Under the pieces are notes generated by a model that saw only the letters and a list, made by a program, of their open reading frames with translations, did no database searches and was not told the origin of the DNA. DNA of 64,000 nucleotides from Planctomycetota bacterium (GTDB lineage: Bacteria > Planctomycetota > UBA1135 > UBA2386). Shown piece by piece: positions 1 through 8,890 of this stretch. The stretch spans positions 5,920,001 through 5,984,000 of the forward strand of contig OZ245838.1 in the NCBI GenBank assembly GCA_965228735.1. Direction: 5' to 3'. The translations under genes were made by a program, and so were the position numbers. Positions within the stretch are counted from its first letter, which is position 1. Each line of letters starts with the position of its first letter.

Positions 1-2
1 CA

Positions 3-329
3 GTTGTTCAGCGAGTGGTATTCGGGCGCGGAACCGCCGATCTCCAGAGCGCAACGAGCCAGGACGATCTCACAGCGTTACGACTGCGGCCACGGTTCGT
101 TGCCTGCGTGCGCCAGTTCGCCATGCGTCTCCCTGGCGAACGCCTTCATTGCTCTCGCGAGGTGCACGTCGAATCCGGCCGATGCAGTCTCGACGCCCGC
201 GCTGACGGAATCGTGCTCTGGTATCATCCGGACCCGATGCGTCGAGCCGGGGACTTCGTTGTGGTGTGCGCCGCGTGGTTCAGCTCCGGCTCGAGTGAAC
301 CCCTGGCCCGGGTGCAGGAGATGGCGTGA
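3..329 (+). CDS. Hypothetical protein, probably 5'-truncated by the window edge
   Basis: Frame is open from the window start to TGA at 327-329, which overlaps the GTG of the next ORF (GTGA coupling). No recognisable motif. Confidence 0.4.
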   Translation, partial: VVQRVVFGRGTADLQSATSQDDLTALRLRPRFVACVRQFAMRLPGERLHCSREVHVESGRCSLDARADGIVLWYHPDPMRRAGDFVVVCAAWFSSGSSEPLARVQEMA

Positions 330-667
330 CGACAGCCGACCGCGACGACGACCGCTACGACTACTGCCGGCTCGAGGTGCACCTGGCGGCGGCCGGCGGC
401 CCGACCGACAACGCCGTCGAGTCCCAGGCCGAAGCGCTGGCAGAGGCCATCGACGCGGCGATCGCGCGGGCGGGGCTCGCGTCCGAGTTCGAGATCAACG
501 GCCTCGAGTTCGGCGTGGGCGAGTCGACGATCCTGGTCTTCGGCGGCGCGGATGATGCCGGTGTCGCGCGCATCCACGAGGTCGTCCGGCCGGTCTTTCG
601 GGCGTGCGCGGCGCCGCCGGGCTCGCATCTCGTGGTGGTCTACGCGTACCGAACCCAAGCGGCGTGA
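326..667 (+). CDS. Small acidic hypothetical protein (113 aa)
   Basis: Typical codon usage; coupled to the upstream ORF; alternating helix/strand pattern (EINGLEFGVGESTILVFGG). Confidence 0.65.
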   Translation: MTTADRDDDRYDYCRLEVHLAAAGGPTDNAVESQAEALAEAIDAAIARAGLASEFEINGLEFGVGESTILVFGGADDAGVARIHEVVRPVFRACAAPPGSHLVVVYAYRTQAA

Positions 668-753
668 GGTTGTTGACAGGCGGGGACAGGAAACCTGGGC
701 TCCCGGTTGCGCCAGCCCGATGCGGCGGGCTGCCAGTGGTATCATCGCGCCCG

Positions 754-1902
754 ATGAGGTCGCCCGGGAAGCCGATGACGCAGCTCGTGGGGGCTGTCGT
801 TCTGCACTCGCTCGCTATCGTGCCGGCGCAGGAGGTCGCCGAGCCGGGCGCCGAAGCGACCGCCGAACAGGTCGCCGAGTGTCGGCGCCTGATCGCGCAA
901 CTCGGTCCCGACGACGTGCGCGCCGCGGCGTTCTCGCGACTGCTCGGCCTGGGGGAGGCCGCCCGGCCGGCTCTCATGGACGCGATCGCCGGGACGGATG
1001 TGTGGGCGGAGCGTGAACGGTTCGCCGACGTTCTCGTGCTCAGCGCGGAACTCACGGGTTCGGCGGAGACGATTCTGGAGGCGCTGTGGGACAGGACGCG
1101 TCTGATCGACGGTGAAGCTCTGCAGCGGACGCTCGCCGCCATCGTCGATCTCGCGCCGTTCGTCGGGACTGACGCGGTCCATTACCTGTATCGGGCGCAG
1201 ATCATGGCTTCGGAGCGCATGAACGACGACGGACTCGAGGCGGCGGTGCGCGAGCGCTTCGCGGAGACGGCAGTGCGAGCGATGTCGCTGGGGCGCGAGA
1301 AGGGTGAGACGAAAGGACTGGCCCACGCCGGGCGTTCGGCGCGGGAGCTGATCGACATCGTCGAGTCCGGAACCTCGTTCCGTCCGTACGACGTCGAAGC
1401 CGCGGCCGCGTTGTATGCCCGCTCGAACGGGCGCACGCCTGCCCTGGACGCATTGGCGATCAAGGCGCTGGCCGCGCGCCTCGGGACCGATTGCCTGCGT
1501 TCCCAGATCAAGCTCGGCCCGACGTGGGTCTGGTGTGGACCGCGAAGTCATCGGCGCATCGCGGTGAGCCTGCTGCGGCTTGACCCCGAGCCAGCCATCG
1601 CGCAGCGGGCGCACGTCTACCTGCTCGAGCACGGCCGCCGCCACGAACGTTGGCGGGCGCTCGACGAGTTGCGCAAGGTGAAGTCCGAGGTCTCCGGCTA
1701 CGAACGAGCGCTGCGGCTCGCGGTAGCGGACGCGACGACTCCGCCCGACCTCCGGCTCGAGGCCGCGACGTCGCTCGGCATGCTGCCGCGGCTCGGCAGC
1801 AGCACGAACGCCGCGCTTCGTCAACTCGCCAGTTCCGACAACCGGGCCTTGGCCGAGGGGGCCCAGGCGGCGCTGCAGGCGGTCGCGCGGCGGCGTGAAT
1901 GA
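754..1902 (+). CDS. Secreted alpha-helical (HEAT/ARM-like) hypothetical protein
   Basis: Signal-peptide-like N-terminus (MRSPGKPMTQLVGAVVLHSLAIVPA-Q); HEAT-like motifs (DDVRAAAFSRLLGLG, DLRLEAATSLGML, ALAEGAQAALQAV). Alternative start at 775. Confidence 0.65.
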   Translation: MRSPGKPMTQLVGAVVLHSLAIVPAQEVAEPGAEATAEQVAECRRLIAQLGPDDVRAAAFSRLLGLGEAARPALMDAIAGTDVWAERERFADVLVLSAELTGSAETILEALWDRTRLIDGEALQRTLAAIVDLAPFVGTDAVHYLYRAQIMASERMNDDGLEAAVRERFAETAVRAMSLGREKGETKGLAHAGRSARELIDIVESGTSFRPYDVEAAAALYARSNGRTPALDALAIKALAARLGTDCLRSQIKLGPTWVWCGPRSHRRIAVSLLRLDPEPAIAQRAHVYLLEHGRRHERWRALDELRKVKSEVSGYERALRLAVADATTPPDLRLEAATSLGMLPRLGSSTNAALRQLASSDNRALAEGAQAALQAVARRRE

Positions 1903-2082
1903 GACGAACGTCATGAGCAGCGACCGAGTCTGCGCGGACTCCGACGCGCTCGTCGACGCGGCGCTTCGCAAGCTGATCGCTCCATCGGCGGGGTGACTCC
2001 GTCGGCCGGGTGATTGGCCACGGGCGCGACCTGCGCGCCGGCTCCGCGCTATCATGGCGCCAGATCCCCGCGACCCACTGCC

Positions 2083-2706
2083 ATGACGCACTCCACGCTC
2101 TCGACTCTCGTCGTCGCGCTGCTCGCGACGACCGTCACCTCGACCGCGACCAACGCGCAGATCACCGTCCGCGACACGATCGAGGCGCTGCCGCCGATCT
2201 CCATTTGCCAGGACGGTGCGACGCACCGCACCGTCTGCACCAACCTGCGGCTGCGGCCCGGGACGCTCGGCAGCCTGACGCAGTTCGAGGGCTGGCCGCT
2301 CGAGATCACCGGCACGGCGGGCGCGATCACGTGCCCGTTCGTCGACGTCTCGGCCGTGACCGTCATGGCCAACGAGCAGTTCGCGCTCACGACGACGACG
2401 ACCGCGACGATGAGCATCGACTACTACGGGTCGGGGCCGGTCGGCGACGTGTATCTGCTGTTCGTCGGGATCGGCCTGCAGGCGTCGCCCGGCACGTTCC
2501 CGCCGTTCGTCGGGCCGGTCCACCTCGATCCCAACTCGGCCTGGTTCGTCGGCGTGTTCGCGCCGCTGGGGCCGAACAACCCGTACCACACGGTCACGTT
2601 CCCCAACACGCCGGGGCTCGTCGGCATCCGATTCTACGACCAGGCGCTCGCGCTGCATCAGAGCGGTGTTGCCGAGACCACGGTCGTCGACTGCTTCAAC
2701 TTCTGA
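2083..2706 (+). CDS. Secreted protein with the shared C-terminal domain
   Basis: Signal peptide ending TNA-Q; C-terminus FPNTPGLVGIRFYDQALAL matches the motif in other secreted proteins of this window. Confidence 0.8.
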   Translation: MTHSTLSTLVVALLATTVTSTATNAQITVRDTIEALPPISICQDGATHRTVCTNLRLRPGTLGSLTQFEGWPLEITGTAGAITCPFVDVSAVTVMANEQFALTTTTTATMSIDYYGSGPVGDVYLLFVGIGLQASPGTFPPFVGPVHLDPNSAWFVGVFAPLGPNNPYHTVTFPNTPGLVGIRFYDQALALHQSGVAETTVVDCFNF

Positions 2707-2753
2707 CCGCCGGCACCGGGCTGCGCGACAGATCGCGCGCGGGCGCGGCCACC

Positions 2754-2993
2754 ATGTCACACATGAACCGCATCCGAGAGCACAAGGCGGCCTGCGAACG
2801 CGAACGGCGCGGGCGCTGGTGGCGTGACGGGCTGCTCGGCGTCTGTCTCGGCGCGTTTGGCGGCGTGATCTCGATCTTCGTCCACGGCTACGCCTGGTGG
2901 ACCGTTCCGGCTCCTGCGGTGGCCCTTGGCGTGTTGTTCGCGTTCTGCCCCCCGCGGACCTGGCGCATTCTCGCGTACTTGCCGATCAGCTGA
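2754..2993 (+). CDS. Small membrane protein (79 aa, two TM helices)
   Basis: Basic N-terminus followed by two hydrophobic segments (GLLGVCLGAFGGVISIFV; VPAPAVALGVLFAF). Confidence 0.65.
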   Translation: MSHMNRIREHKAACERERRGRWWRDGLLGVCLGAFGGVISIFVHGYAWWTVPAPAVALGVLFAFCPPRTWRILAYLPIS

Positions 2994-3017
2994 CGGATCG
3001 GCGCCTGGCGTCCGCGG

Positions 3018-4553
3018 TCACCAGATTTCGAACGCGAGGCGCGTCTGGAAGAACCGCCCGTCGAGCTGCCAGTCGACCTCGCAATCCGGCAGCGCGTTGC
3101 GGAGTTCTTCGGCGGCCGGGATCGTGATCTTGGTGTTGCGGAGGCGCAGGTGCTGCAGCTGCGTCAGTCGCTGCAGCGGTTCGGCGTCGTGATCGTGCAG
3201 GCCGTTCACGACGATGAGTTCGCGTAGCGTCGGAGCGTCGCGCAGCACGGCGAGCGTCTCGCCCGGCGCCTCGACGTCCACGAGCATGAGGCGGTCGATG
3301 CGCGTGCGGTTGATCACCTCGAGCGCTTCGGGCACCAGCGCGAGACCGCGCTGTCGCAGCCCGAACTCGCGCAGCGCGGGCAGCGCCACGAGCTCGGCGA
3401 GCAGCTCACCTTCTTCGCCCATCGGGGTGTCGATGCAGCGCAGCGACCGCAGGCGGCGCAGCGACTGCAGGGCGTGGATCGACGCCGTGTCGAAGTCGGT
3501 GCAATGTTCGAGCACGAGGCCCTGCAGTCCGGTGAACGCGCGGAGGGCTGCGTGATGCGCTTCGCCGAGCTCGACGCCGACGAGGTGGAGGGTCTCGAGT
3601 TCGAAGCCGAGTTCGGCGATGGCGGTAAGCGCCTTGGCCGGCAGAGCACCGCGGAGCACGAGCGTGCGCAGTCGAGCGAAGCGCTGCAGCGTCGCGATCG
3701 CGGTCGGGGTGGTCGTTCCGTCGACGGGCACCTCCAGCCGGGTGCACGTCGCCGGCAGGTCGTTCAGCTCGGCGAGCGACTTCACGTTGCCGCGGGCCAG
3801 CCGATGCCGTTCGTCGATGTCCTCGCCGGCTGCGTTGAGCAGCCGCGTGAGCTCGGGGGTCGCGACGAACGGCGTCATGCCGTGAATCGAGAACCAGACC
3901 GGGTCGGAGTGGATCGATGCGAACGCCGTGATGCGGCGATCGCCGGGCAGCTCGATGTCGAGATCGACGAAGTCGATCCCGCTGCTCTGGCGTTTCTGGG
4001 TGTCGACGCTCGCGAGCAGCTCGCGGCGCCAGATCGCGAAGGTCACACCCTCGCGACAGGAGTAGCGCTCCGGCCAGGGCCGTGTGACGAGCGTGTCGGC
4101 TGAGTGATTCGGCGTCTCTTCGCGGGCCGCGCCGGTCACTTCCTTGCGGGTCATGCGAACACCGGTCGCGGTTCTGAGCAGCTCGCGCAGGTGTTCGACG
4201 TCGCGCACCTCGACCTGCTCGCGTTCGCCCGGATCCTGTCTCGGCGTCGCGAACCGGAACGGCAGTGCGTCGTCCTCGGTGCGTGAGAGCCACGCCGTGG
4301 CGAACACGACGGCGATACCCAGCAGTGCTGCGGCAGCGAGCCACGGGCGGCGTCGCAGTGGCGGCTGCATGTAGCCTGCCGGGACTTCCGATTCGGGCTC
4401 CGGTTCCGGGACCGGGACCGGATCTGATGTCGGGAAGGAAGCCGCCGTGGCGTCACCGCGCAGCTCTTCGGCGATGAGCACGTCGAGCAGGCGATCGAAC
4501 GCCTCGTCCGAGTCGCGTTCTTCGCGGCCGCCGAAGTCGTCATGGTCGGTCAT
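3018..4553 (-). CDS. Putative membrane anti-sigma factor with C-terminal leucine-rich-repeat domain
   Basis: ATGA overlap with the upstream ECF sigma; short acidic N-domain (DRLLDVLIAEEL), one TM (WLAAAALLGIAVVFATAWL), then LRR units (LRTLVLRG, LETLHLVG, LQGLVLEHC, LRSLRC, LRELIV, LQHLRLRNTKIT) and the cap LRNALPDCEV. Confidence 0.75.
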   Translation of the reverse strand: MTDHDDFGGREERDSDEAFDRLLDVLIAEELRGDATAASFPTSDPVPVPEPEPESEVPAGYMQPPLRRRPWLAAAALLGIAVVFATAWLSRTEDDALPFRFATPRQDPGEREQVEVRDVEHLRELLRTATGVRMTRKEVTGAAREETPNHSADTLVTRPWPERYSCREGVTFAIWRRELLASVDTQKRQSSGIDFVDLDIELPGDRRITAFASIHSDPVWFSIHGMTPFVATPELTRLLNAAGEDIDERHRLARGNVKSLAELNDLPATCTRLEVPVDGTTTPTAIATLQRFARLRTLVLRGALPAKALTAIAELGFELETLHLVGVELGEAHHAALRAFTGLQGLVLEHCTDFDTASIHALQSLRRLRSLRCIDTPMGEEGELLAELVALPALREFGLRQRGLALVPEALEVINRTRIDRLMLVDVEAPGETLAVLRDAPTLRELIVVNGLHDHDAEPLQRLTQLQHLRLRNTKITIPAAEELRNALPDCEVDWQLDGRFFQTRLAFEIW

Positions 4554-5056
4554 TGCATCCTCCGGCGCACGCATTGGGCCAGCGCGTCGCGCGCGCGCTG
4601 CAGCAGACTCTTGGTGCCCTCGAGTCCGAGTTCGAGTTCGTTCGCGATCGCCTCGCGCGACACACCGTCGGTGTAGCGCAGCCGCAGTGCCGTGCGCGAG
4701 CGTTCGGGCAACAGCGCGAGGCATTCCCGCAGGGCGCGTCGTTCGGCCTCGCCGCAGTCCTCGACGTGGTCGTGCCACAGCTCGTGCAGCCGGTCGGCGT
4801 CGATGAGTTCGCGGCGATGCGCCTGCTGCCGCAGCGCCTGCCGATGCAGGTTGCGCGCGGTCGCGAGCAGCCACGGCAGCGGCGGATCGCCGGCGGGCCA
4901 GCGCTCCAGGCTCAGCAGCTGCGCTTCCTGCGTGAGGTCGTTGGCGGCCTCCGGATCGGCGCCGAGGAAGCGCAGGTACCGGTGCACCCGCATCGGGCCG
5001 TCCGCGCCGGCCTTGGGGCCCCGGCCCGGGGGGCCATGGTCCTGGCGTTTCGTCAT
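4550..5056 (-). CDS. ECF-type RNA polymerase sigma-70 factor
   Basis: Region 2 (AANDLTQEA...PWLLATARNL) and region 4 (CLALLPERSRTALRLRY...IANELEL...TKSLLQRAR). Confidence 0.9.
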   Translation of the reverse strand: MTKRQDHGPPGRGPKAGADGPMRVHRYLRFLGADPEAANDLTQEAQLLSLERWPAGDPPLPWLLATARNLHRQALRQQAHRRELIDADRLHELWHDHVEDCGEAERRALRECLALLPERSRTALRLRYTDGVSREAIANELELGLEGTKSLLQRARDALAQCVRRRMQ

Positions 5057-5145
5057 GTGCGGGATCACGCCAGGGAACTGCCCGGAATCGGTGGTCGGGG
5101 GCGAGAAATCGCCGCGCGCGGCTGCGGCGGCGATCGCGGCGGCGC

Positions 5146-5745
5146 CTACTGCATGCCGAGCGCCTGCTTGACGACGGGTTCGAGGCGGGTGAGCCCGCAG
5201 GCCTTGCCGAGCGCGAGCGACTCCTCGGGCGTCGCGCCGCCGATCTGGGCCCGCAGCGCGAACAGCGCGCCGACGCGGTTGCTCGAGCCGCACGCGACGA
5301 GCGTCCGCACCGCGGGATCGAGCTTCTTCGACAGCTCGTTGGCGCTGTCCTTCGTGATCCCGGTCTTGCCCGAGATCGGCATGCGGATGAACTCGATGCC
5401 GGCGGCCGCCGCGCGTTCTTCTTCCCAGCCCGTGCCCTTCTCCTTGCTGTCGCGCAGGCAGATCACGCGCTCGATGCCGGCCGCCTTCAGCTTGTCGAAC
5501 TGCTCGGGTTTCATCTGCCCGGAGCAGACGATGTTGTCGAGCGGCGGGGCGAACGAGTAGCCGATGCCGAGCGCGAGGAACTCCTCGTTGCGCGACTCGG
5601 CGCTGGACCCGGCCGCGGGATCGCCCGCGGAGTTGCCGGCAGGATCGTTCGGCGGCGTCGCCGCGTCAGCGGCCTTCTGGCAGCCGGCGAACGGCAGCGC
5701 GAGGGCGAGCACGAGAAAAGGGGATGCAATGCAGCGAGACGTCAT
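5146..5745 (-). CDS. Lipoprotein, Cys-based phosphatase/sulfurtransferase fold (DUF442/BLH-like)
   Basis: Lipobox FAG-C; SGQ...GIERVICLR motif; CX5R loop LVACGSSNRVG. Confidence 0.8.
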   Translation of the reverse strand: MTSRCIASPFLVLALALPFAGCQKAADAATPPNDPAGNSAGDPAAGSSAESRNEEFLALGIGYSFAPPLDNIVCSGQMKPEQFDKLKAAGIERVICLRDSKEKGTGWEEERAAAAGIEFIRMPISGKTGITKDSANELSKKLDPAVRTLVACGSSNRVGALFALRAQIGGATPEESLALGKACGLTRLEPVVKQALGMQ

Positions 5746-5814
5746 CGCGGCAGCGTAGCTCGCTGCGGCCGTCCGTGCACGACCGGGCGGCTCCGGCCGC
5801 GGAAGCAGCGGCGG

Positions 5815-6750
5815 CTACTGCCCGCGCGGCAGCCGGGGAACCTGGTGCTCGCGGTAGAACGTGTCGATGTGCTCCCAGCACTCCTCGGCGGTCTCGGCGT
5901 AGGAGATCAGCTCGAGGTCACGCGGCGAGATGGTCCCTTCCTCGACGAACACGTCCCAGTTGACGAGCCGGTTCCAGTAGTCCTTGCCGAAGAGCACGAC
6001 CGGTAGCGGCTCCATGCGCTTGGTCTGGATCAGCGTCAGCGCTTCGAACAGCTCGTCCATCGTACCGAAGCCGCCGGGGAACGCGACCATCGCCTTCGCC
6101 CGCATGAGGAAGTGCATCTTGCGGATCGCGAAGTACTTGAACTCGAAGCAGAGCTCCGGGCTGATGAAGCTGTTGGGCTCCTGTTCGAACGGCAGCGTGA
6201 TGTTGAGGCCGATCGACTTCGCACCGACGTCGTACGCGCCGCGGTTGGCGGCCTCCATGATGCCGGGGCCGCCGCCCGTGCAGACGACGTAGTCGCAGTG
6301 GCCGTTGGTCTGGCAGTGGCTCGAGACGATGTTCGCGAACTTGCGGGCTTCGTCGTAGTAGTGCGCCTTCTTGCGCACGTTCTTCGCGATCCGGACCGCG
6401 CGCTGCAGGTCCGGGTCGTCGGGGTCGTTCTGCAGTGCGGCCTCGGCAGCGGCGAGGCGCTCGTCGGCGCGGTCCGCTTCCACGACGCGCGTGCCACCGA
6501 AGACGACGACGGTCGATTCGACCTGCTCGTCCTCCATCACGAGGTCGGGCTTGAGCAGCTCGAGCTGCAGCCGCACGGGCCGCAGCTCGACGCGCCCCAT
6601 GAAGTCGGGGTCGGTGTGGGCCTGGCGATACGAGCTCGAGCGCCGGATCGTCGCAATGCGTTCATCGTGGCCCACGCTCGGATCGTCCGCCGGGCCGATC
6701 GTCGTAGGCGCCTGCGGGTCGGTGGGGGGGCCGTCTTGGGTCATGGTCAT
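5815..6750 (-). CDS. LOG-family nucleotide monophosphate nucleosidase (Rossmann fold)
   Basis: Motifs VVVFGG, TGGGPGIMEAANRGA, LPFEQ, FAIRK, PGGFGTMDE. Confidence 0.92.
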   Translation of the reverse strand: MTMTQDGPPTDPQAPTTIGPADDPSVGHDERIATIRRSSSYRQAHTDPDFMGRVELRPVRLQLELLKPDLVMEDEQVESTVVVFGGTRVVEADRADERLAAAEAALQNDPDDPDLQRAVRIAKNVRKKAHYYDEARKFANIVSSHCQTNGHCDYVVCTGGGPGIMEAANRGAYDVGAKSIGLNITLPFEQEPNSFISPELCFEFKYFAIRKMHFLMRAKAMVAFPGGFGTMDELFEALTLIQTKRMEPLPVVLFGKDYWNRLVNWDVFVEEGTISPRDLELISYAETAEECWEHIDTFYREHQVPRLPRGQ

Positions 6751-6877
6751 TGCGTCTCTCTGCCTCGGGATCTCCCGAACGAGCACCATCGGCACAATCG
6801 ATGGTCCGACCGGAGCGCTGCCGCGAAGGCGGCGAACTTCCGGGCGATACGGGGTCGTCCCCGTATCGTCGCGCGCG

Positions 6878-8029
6878 ATGGCGACCGCCCGTTTGACCTA
6901 CTGCAGCAACGTCCACGCGACGCCGGACCTCGCCGCGCACGAGGCCGCGTTGCGCACCCATGCAGCGCCTGTGGCACGGGCGTCGCGGGCTGCGGGTCGC
7001 GAGTTCGGACTCGGGGCGTGGTGGCCGGCGGACCTCGCGGCTGGGCTCCTGCGCGATCCGGAGCAGAACGCGAACTACCGCCGGTTGCTCGCCGAGCTCG
7101 AGCTGCCGGTCTGGACCGTCAACGTCTTCCCGTTCGGGGGGTTCCACGACGAGGTGGTCAAGACCGCCGTGTACTCGCCGGACTGGGGGCGCGAGGAGCG
7201 GTTGCAGTACACCCGCGACTGCGCCGAGCTCGCAGCGGGGCTGGCGGAGCGCGACGCGGTCGTTGCGCTGTCGACGCTGCCGGTCGGCTATCGCGGACCG
7301 GGTGACCCGGAGCCCGATCGCCGGCTCATGGCGCGCAACGTCGCGCGGTGTGCGAGCGTGTTCGCGGACCTCGAGGAGCGGACCGGCGTGCGCTGCGTGC
7401 TCGCGCTCGAGCCCGAGCCGAACTGCCTGCTCGAGACCGTTGCCGCGACCGCGCGGTTCCTCGAGGACTGGCTGTTCGACGAAGGCGCGTGGTCGACGAT
7501 CGACGAAGCGGCGTTGCGGCGGCACCTCGGCGTGTGCGTCGACCTGTGCCATCTCGCGGTCGTCGGCGAGGACCCGCTCGCGGCGCTCGCGGACCTGCGC
7601 GCGCGGGGCATCGCCGTGCCCAAGATCCAGGTCAGTTCGTGTCTCGAGGTGCGGGACCCGGGCGGCATCGACCGGCTGCTGTCGTTCGACGAACCGCGCT
7701 ACCTGCATCAGACCGCGGCGGCGAACGGCCGGCGCGCGCTCGACCTCGACGAGGTCCGTGCGCGGCGATCGGAGTTCGAGACCGCGGGGCGGATCCGCAC
7801 GCATTATCACGTGCCGCTCTACTGGGATGAGCCCGGCGCGTTCGGTTCGACGCGCGCCGAGGTCGAGCGGGCGCTCGGCGGGCTTTTCGGAGTGTTCGGC
7901 AGTGACATCCCACTGCTCGAGGTCGAGACCTACACGTGGAGCGTGCTGCAGGGCTTCGATGACGCGGAGCCGCTGGCGCAGCGGTTGGTCCGGGAATTGG
8001 AGTTCGCGGCTGGCTGTCTGCAGCCATGA
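6878..8029 (+). CDS. eboE: EboE-like TIM-barrel protein
   Basis: Motifs LTYCSNVH, FPFGGFH, VKTAVYSPDW, LEPEP, GVCVDLCHLAV, DEPRYLHQ, HYHVP, LEVETYTW. Confidence 0.85.
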   Translation: MATARLTYCSNVHATPDLAAHEAALRTHAAPVARASRAAGREFGLGAWWPADLAAGLLRDPEQNANYRRLLAELELPVWTVNVFPFGGFHDEVVKTAVYSPDWGREERLQYTRDCAELAAGLAERDAVVALSTLPVGYRGPGDPEPDRRLMARNVARCASVFADLEERTGVRCVLALEPEPNCLLETVAATARFLEDWLFDEGAWSTIDEAALRRHLGVCVDLCHLAVVGEDPLAALADLRARGIAVPKIQVSSCLEVRDPGGIDRLLSFDEPRYLHQTAAANGRRALDLDEVRARRSEFETAGRIRTHYHVPLYWDEPGAFGSTRAEVERALGGLFGVFGSDIPLLEVETYTWSVLQGFDDAEPLAQRLVRELEFAAGCLQP

Positions 8030-8031
8030 AG

Positions 8032-8150
8032 GATGGCGGCACCGTTCCCGCTTCGAATCCGCCACCCAGCGATCAGGGCAACTGGAGGGCGAGGCAGGGG
8101 TTGCGCGTAGCGCGGAATGGCGGATTTGAAACGGGTTCGGTACCGCCATC
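8032..8150. repeat. Inverted-repeat element family A, copy 1 (REPIN/MITE-like)
   Basis: Arms GATGGCGGCACCGTTCCCGCTTCGAATCCGCCA and TGGCGGATTTGAAACGGGTTCGGTACCGCCATC with a 53-bp spacer; homologous to 32873-32991 and 37184-37297. Confidence 0.85.
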
Positions 8151-8194
8151 GGTGGAACGGTGCGGGGGCTTTTGCGTATGGTCCGTGGCCCCCG

Positions 8195-8890
8195 ATGATT
8201 CGCCTCGCTGACGTTCACAAGAGTTATCGCCAGGGCGACCGGGAGGTCGTCGCCTGCGCCGTCGATGCGCTCACGGTCGAGGCCGGTGAGCAGGTCGCGT
8301 TGATCGGTCGGTCCGGGACCGGCAAGACGACGCTGCTGCACATCATGGCCGGCATCCTGCGGGCCGACCGCGGTGAGATCGATGTCGTCGGCCGGCGCGT
8401 CGATCAGCTGTCCGAGTCCGCGCGCGATCGGCATCGCGGCGAGCACATCGGGATGGTGTATCAGACGTTCAACCTGCTGCAGCCGTTCACCGCGCTCGAG
8501 AACGTGCTGCTCGGCGCGCTGTTCGGCAAGGGCTCGGGGGGCGCGGCGAAGGCGCGCGCGCTCGACCTGCTGGATCGCGTGGGGCTCGGCGATCGCGTGC
8601 ACCATCGGCCGAGTGAGCTGTCCGTCGGGCAGGTGCAGCGCGTCGCGATCTGTCGCGCGTTGATCAACGACCCCGAGCTGGTCCTCATGGACGAACCGCT
8701 CGGCAATCAGGACAAGACGACGGGCACGCAGGTGCTCGATCTGCTGCTCGAGATCGCGAGCGAGGCCGGCAAGACGGTCGTCATGGTGACGCACGATCCG
8801 GACTCAGCGGCGCGCATGCAGCGGACGGTCGATCTCGCGACGCTGCGCGCGGACATGGCCGCCGCCGACGCGGTGGAGGTGAACTCGTGA
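8195..8890 (+). CDS. ABC transporter ATP-binding protein (LolD/MacB-type)
   Basis: Walker A GRSGTGKT, signature LSVGQVQR, Walker B VLMDEP, H-loop VTHD. Confidence 0.95.
   Translation: MIRLADVHKSYRQGDREVVACAVDALTVEAGEQVALIGRSGTGKTTLLHIMAGILRADRGEIDVVGRRVDQLSESARDRHRGEHIGMVYQTFNLLQPFTALENVLLGALFGKGSGGAAKARALDLLDRVGLGDRVHHRPSELSVGQVQRVAICRALINDPELVLMDEPLGNQDKTTGTQVLDLLLEIASEAGKTVVMVTHDPDSAARMQRTVDLATLRADMAAADAVEVNS

Noticed and set aside
673..700. TTGACA as a sigma-70 -35 box
   Set aside because: No TANNNT at 16-18 bp spacing.
1913..1996. 27-codon ORF MSSDRVCADSDALVDAALRKLIAPSAG
   Set aside because: Too short and no motif; it may be a remnant but cannot be supported.
8050..8064. TTCGAATCCGCCA in family A arms as a tRNA 3' end or att site
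   Set aside because: No cloverleaf and no integrase; the motif is explained by the arm palindrome.
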